In this document: positions 60,628-64,000 of the stretch, in pieces
How positions within the stretch are numbered: position 1 is the first letter of the stretch
How the letters are laid out: the number at the start of each line of letters is the position of its first letter
IMG/VR virus record: IMGVR_UViG_3300047470_000295
Span: 1 to 64,000 of that record
Reading direction: 5' to 3' (one strand)
DNA: 64,000 nt
Source: a virus
Position numbers and translations under genes: made by a program
Notes under the pieces: model-generated
Databases searched by the model: none
The model's input: the letters and a program-made list of their open reading frames with translations, nothing else
Told to the model about the DNA's origin: nothing

Positions 60628-60734
60628 CATCGGACAGGCACCGGACCGGGGGCGAAAGAACCGCAGGTCGCGCACCTGACAGGCATCGGACGCCCACAGA
60701 TAGTTCGCGAGCAGTGGGCCCCCACTGTCCGATG
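60628..60734. promoter_or_regulatory. candidate clt (cis-acting transfer locus): three copies of the 8-mer CATCGGAC (two direct, one inverted) plus CCGGAC motifs
   Basis: CATCGGAC at 60628-60635 and 60684-60691, GTCCGATG at 60727-60734, starting 1 nt after the traB-like stop. Confidence 0.4.
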
Positions 60735-60814
60735 CCCGTCCGGTTCCCCACCTGCAGGTTTCCATCCACTGCCCGCTTCTTGTCCGGTCGAAATGCGAGA
60801 AAGGTCCCGGCCCG

Positions 60815-61420
60815 ATGCTCACCCTCAAGATCCAGCAGATGGCTGTCAACGGGCACCCCTACCTGTGCCCCGACTGCGCTTCCCAGGCGTTCACCCTCGA
60901 CGGCCAGGGCTTCATCGACGCCTTCCCCGTCTGGGGCAACTGCTGGAACGGGCACAGCTGGGAAGACCCGCTCATCACCATCGCCCACCTCAAGCAGATC
61001 GACGAAGCCCGCACCGGCCGGCAGCGCGCCGAAGACGACGACACCTTCGAGATCGTCATCGGCGGCGTCCTGCTCGCCGGGATCCTGCACCCCGAACTCA
61101 CCCTCGACGACCTGAAGACGGAGGCTCGCGTCCTATGGAAGCGGGGCCTCAAGCCGACCCTCCGACGCAAGAAGCGGGCCGCTCTCCGCGCCGTGAAGAA
61201 GCCCGTCGCCAACGCGGTCGCCGCCGCCCAAGCCGCCGCGATCGGCGCCGCCTGGGGCCTCCAAGCCGGCGGCCACCAGCCCGACCCCAACTACACGCCC
61301 GAACCCGTCAACGCCTGCCCCGCCTGCACCGGCACCGGCGGCCACGACATCGAAAGCCGCATCCACCAGACCACCCGCATCCGCTGCTCCGTGTGCACCG
61401 GCACCGGCGAAATCGACTAG
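60815..61420 (+). CDS. hypothetical protein with N-terminal zinc ribbon and C-terminal DnaJ-type CxxCxGxG zinc finger
   Basis: 201 aa. CPDCAS...CWNGH, then CPACTGTGGH...CSVCTGTGEI. Confidence 0.45.
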   Translation: MLTLKIQQMAVNGHPYLCPDCASQAFTLDGQGFIDAFPVWGNCWNGHSWEDPLITIAHLKQIDEARTGRQRAEDDDTFEIVIGGVLLAGILHPELTLDDLKTEARVLWKRGLKPTLRRKKRAALRAVKKPVANAVAAAQAAAIGAAWGLQAGGHQPDPNYTPEPVNACPACTGTGGHDIESRIHQTTRIRCSVCTGTGEID

Positions 61421-61435
61421 GAGACCAGGAAATCC

Positions 61436-61621
61436 ATGGAGCGCTACCACTCCCTCTACTTCGTCTCGATCATCGGCCCCGCCATCTTGGGCCTGATCGC
61501 CCTCGCCCTGATCGCTCTCCCCGGCGAACCGAGCACCGCTCGAATGCTCATCGGGCTCGCGGTCTACCTCGCCGTCGTAATCGGCGGTGGCGCAGTCATG
61601 ACTCGACGCCTCGACCGATAG
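61436..61621 (+). CDS. small membrane protein (Spd-like position)
   Basis: 61 aa with two TM helices. Confidence 0.4.
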   Translation: MERYHSLYFVSIIGPAILGLIALALIALPGEPSTARMLIGLAVYLAVVIGGGAVMTRRLDR

Positions 61622-61662
61622 CAGCCACCCCCAACACGCAACTCACCTAAGGAGACCCCACC

Positions 61663-62154
61663 GTGACTGTCCTGCCCGAGCCGACGCCCACCGCCCCCGC
61701 GGCCGGGCAGGCCACCAACCCGCTGACCGACGCCGTCATCACGGCCGCCGTCGACCACGCCATCCATCAAGCCCGCCAGACCGGAACCGCACCCAAGGTC
61801 GTCATCGGCAACGCGCAACCCGTCCCGCAGCCCGACTCGCGGATCGCACCCCAGTGGGCCGTCGGCGTGGCCATCGCGTCCATCGGAGTCGGCGCTGGCT
61901 CGACCGGCCTCGGCTGCGCCGCTTGGCTTGCATGCAAGGGGCTCTCCCTCGTCAGCGTCCCCGGGCTCGAACGCTTCGCCCTCATCGTCATCGCACCCTT
62001 CGTCGGCGCCGCCATGCTCGTCACCGCCGTCGGCGTCGCAATCAGCAGGGCCCGAGCCGCGGCCACCACCATCCACAACCACGGCCCCGTCGACCAGCGC
62101 ACCCTCCACGCGACCAGCAAGGGCGTGTGGGTCAAGAACCACAACGAGCAGTGA
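61663..62154 (+). CDS. polytopic membrane protein (SpdB-like position)
   Basis: 163 aa with a Pro/Ala-rich N-terminus and three hydrophobic segments. Confidence 0.45.
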   Translation: MTVLPEPTPTAPAAGQATNPLTDAVITAAVDHAIHQARQTGTAPKVVIGNAQPVPQPDSRIAPQWAVGVAIASIGVGAGSTGLGCAAWLACKGLSLVSVPGLERFALIVIAPFVGAAMLVTAVGVAISRARAAATTIHNHGPVDQRTLHATSKGVWVKNHNEQ

Positions 62155-62168
62155 CAGAGAGGACCCCG

Positions 62169-62354
62169 ATGAGAAGGAAGACCTACCACTTCAAGGCTGC
62201 AGTCAGCGACGGCAAGCACCACGACGGCGAATGCGAAGGCATCGTCGAAGCCTCCAACGAGACGTCAGCCCGACGCGCCATCGCCGACCAAGTCGTGCAG
62301 GACGGGCGCAAGAACAAGCGTCACTGGACCGCAACCCATATCGAACTGAACTGA
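62169..62354 (+). CDS. small hypothetical protein
   Basis: 61 aa from the ATG at 62169. Confidence 0.35.
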   Translation: MRRKTYHFKAAVSDGKHHDGECEGIVEASNETSARRAIADQVVQDGRKNKRHWTATHIELN

Positions 62355-62368
62355 AGGAGACCACCAGC

Positions 62369-62584
62369 ATGTGTTCTGACGGACCCACCACCAGCTACGG
62401 CTACGAGCTGTCCCCCGGCGACGAGGCCGACCCCGGCGACATCCCCGTCTGCTGCTACGAGCCCATGTCCGGCGTGACGACCGAAGAAGGCGACATCGAC
62501 TACACGTGCGGCGACTGCGGCACCGTCCTAGAGATCAGCCGGAGCGGCGTCGTCGGGGACATCCGCGAAAAGGATGCCGCCTGA
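62369..62584 (+). CDS. small Cys-containing acidic protein
   Basis: 71 aa from the ATG at 62369 after GGAGA. Confidence 0.35.
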   Translation: MCSDGPTTSYGYELSPGDEADPGDIPVCCYEPMSGVTTEEGDIDYTCGDCGTVLEISRSGVVGDIREKDAA

Positions 62585-62635
62585 TGGAGGGACACGCTGA
62601 CTGCTCCTGCAACTGCTGAACTAGCCAGACACGGA

Positions 62636-62675
62636 AGGGCCCCGACCGGGATCATCTCCGGCCGGGGCCTTCGTC
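62636..62675 (+). terminator. hairpin terminator, copy 1 of a duplicated element
   Basis: GGGCCCCGACCGG-loop-CCGGCCGGGGCCTTCGTC. Confidence 0.5.
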
Positions 62676-62762
62676 TGTGAATGGTCACAAGACTGACACT
62701 CCGGCCCAGAGGGTGTACGAGCAGGCGCATGATGCCTCCTCGGACTCGCACCAGGGGGCGTC

Positions 62763-63248
62763 ATGTTCTTCAAGCAGGACCCGGAGAAGGCCGCGCAGAA
62801 GGCCGCCGAGAAAGCGGAGAAGCAGCGGATCCGCGAGGAGGCTGCGGACCAGAAGGCCGCCGATAAGGCGGCACTCAAGGCGTGGCGGGAAGCCCACCCG
62901 GCCGAGCGCACGATGAACACGGCCGCGACGATGAGAACGTGGCCGTCATCGAAGATGGGCGTCACTAACCTGGGGCCGATCAAAGGCGGGTCCGCAGAGT
63001 TCGTCAACGCGGGCGCCCACAAGGGCTGGACAGCTACCCGTCTCATCGCAGGAGCGGCAACGATGGGCACCTCGGCTATGGCGACCGGCCGGAAGAACAA
63101 GGGAGCCGCGGTCATCAACGTGACCTTCGGGAACGGGGCCGCCCAGACGTTCAACGTCAGCCCCGAGAGCCAGACCCTCAGTGCAGCCAACCGCTACGTC
63201 AACGCCTTCAACGCCCTCGCTGCGCAGCTGGCACAGGAGGACGAGTAG
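62763..63248 (+). CDS. hypothetical protein (Lys/Ala-rich N-terminus)
   Basis: 161 aa, bracketed by two near-identical hairpins. Confidence 0.45.
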   Translation: MFFKQDPEKAAQKAAEKAEKQRIREEAADQKAADKAALKAWREAHPAERTMNTAATMRTWPSSKMGVTNLGPIKGGSAEFVNAGAHKGWTATRLIAGAATMGTSAMATGRKNKGAAVINVTFGNGAAQTFNVSPESQTLSAANRYVNAFNALAAQLAQEDE

Positions 63249-63266
63249 CCGCTAACTGGAAACTAC

Positions 63267-63300
63267 GGGGCCCCGACCGTCCTCGGCCGGGGCCTTCGTC
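63267..63300. terminator. hairpin terminator, copy 2 of the duplicated element
   Basis: GGGGCCCCGACCG-tcct-CGGCCGGGGCCTTCGTC. Shares 12 and 17 identical nt with copy 1. Confidence 0.5.
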
Positions 63301-63310
63301 GTGCGGTGGG

Positions 63311-63544
63311 TCAGACGTGTCGCCGGTCTTGAAGCACGAGCGCGATCGCGACACCGGCTGCCGCCGCCGGAAGAACCGCGACCACGGCCACCCAGCCGAG
63401 CCACGAGTCTGGGCCGATGAGTAGGGCGGCGATGGCGCAGGCGGCGGCGGGGACGATCAGGCCGAGCCAGAATCGGCGCTTCATCTGGCGCTCGCTGGCC
63501 TCGCGTTCAAGGCGTGCGCGTTCGGCGGGGCGGTACTGGCTCAT
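63311..63544 (-). CDS. small membrane protein
   Basis: 77 aa from the ATG at 63544 with two TM helices. Confidence 0.4.
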   Translation of the reverse strand: MSQYRPAERARLEREASERQMKRRFWLGLIVPAAACAIAALLIGPDSWLGWVAVVAVLPAAAAGVAIALVLQDRRHV

Positions 63545-63762
63545 CCGCTCTTCTCCTCGCTGCTCGCTGGTCGTTCTGATTCTCCACCAGTCACAGCAAA
63601 GGCCTTCGTCTTGCGGGGGACAGCACGAGCCACCCAGTGCCGGCCGGCCGCGTCGGTGGGGTCCGTGGCGACCTCGGCGTCCATGCGCTCGCAGATCCGC
63701 GCCAACTCCCGTTTGCAGGCGGCTTCGGTTCGCGCCCGGACCATGTAGACGACGTCGCTCAT
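63541..63762 (-). CDS. small hypothetical protein
   Basis: 73 aa, ATGA overlap with the downstream membrane gene. Confidence 0.4.
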   Translation of the reverse strand: MSDVVYMVRARTEAACKRELARICERMDAEVATDPTDAAGRHWVARAVPRKTKAFAVTGGESERPASSEEKSG

Positions 63763-63918
63763 GACGGCAGTGTGGCGGCTCGTCGGCGGCCGTGGGCGGG
63801 TTCACGGGAAGTGACCGTGCACGTCGATAACTGTGCCATTGGCCCAGCGTGTCAACCCCACAGTGCACAATTGGCCTAAGCGTCACTGCTTCCCCGTACC
63901 ACCGCCGAGGAGCCAGCC

Positions 63919-64000
63919 GTGCACGACCACCCCACCCCGAAGCCCTGCCCCGGCCCCTGCAACAACGCCTGGCGACGAGCCGAAGCCGTCCTCGCCGAAG
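63919..64000 (+). CDS. start of an unidentified gene (3' end beyond the window)
   Basis: GTG after GAGGAG. Reads VHDHPTPKPCPGPCNNAWRRAEAVLAE... Confidence 0.3.
   Translation, partial: MHDHPTPKPCPGPCNNAWRRAEAVLAE

Larger units (their letters stand above)
1..64000. mobile_element. temperate siphovirus-like element (structural, lysis, attP-int, early genes) with an appended conjugation-like module; element boundaries not contained in the window
   Basis: Gene content and order described in the individual features; no host housekeeping genes seen apart from a 36-codon acyl-CoA dehydrogenase fragment. Confidence 0.6.

Overview
High-GC actinobacterial (Streptomyces-like) DNA, almost all of it mobile. 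All calls come from reading the ORF translations and the DNA by eye; no homology search was run, so family names are recalled from motifs and need HMM/BLAST confirmation.

Layout:
- 1-19.3 kb: siphovirus late operon on the plus strand. It runs MuF-like head protein, scaffold, major capsid, a glycosyltransferase, connector genes, major tail, frameshifted tail chaperones, a 1644-aa tape measure, baseplate/minor tail genes, amidase endolysin and holin-like membrane proteins.
- 19.3-27.0 kb: accessory region. It holds a GvpU-like gene, a small serine recombinase with a GIY-YIG protein, a LexA DNA-binding-domain-only gene, a tRNA-like element, a short GntR and an XRE regulator.
- 26.86-27.07 kb: a 36-codon 3' fragment of an acyl-CoA dehydrogenase plus a terminator, directly abutting the integrase. 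This looks like attP.
- 27.07-50.1 kb: tyrosine integrase, immunity switch, Xis-like gene, exonuclease with an ssDNA-annealing protein, two orphan methyltransferases, a replication module (initiator, DnaC-like loader, DnaB) and many small ORFs.
- 50.2-54.7 kb: minus-strand island. It includes a lower-GC overlapping two-gene cassette of unknown function, strong palindromes and tandem Nudix genes.
- 54.9-63.3 kb: module resembling Streptomyces plasmid/AICE conjugation (DUF2637-like protein, FtsK/TraB-like translocase, clt-like 8-mers, Spd-like membrane proteins).

Most interesting observations: the phage/conjugation chimera, the unknown 69+223 aa cassette, an orphan Phd/YefM-like antitoxin with an HNH gene inserted in the tail operon, the capsid-coupled glycosyltransferase, and the LexA-stub with SOS-like boxes.

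No CRISPR array, rRNA or canonical tRNA was found. The many long opposite-frame ORFs in the six-frame track are high-GC artefacts.
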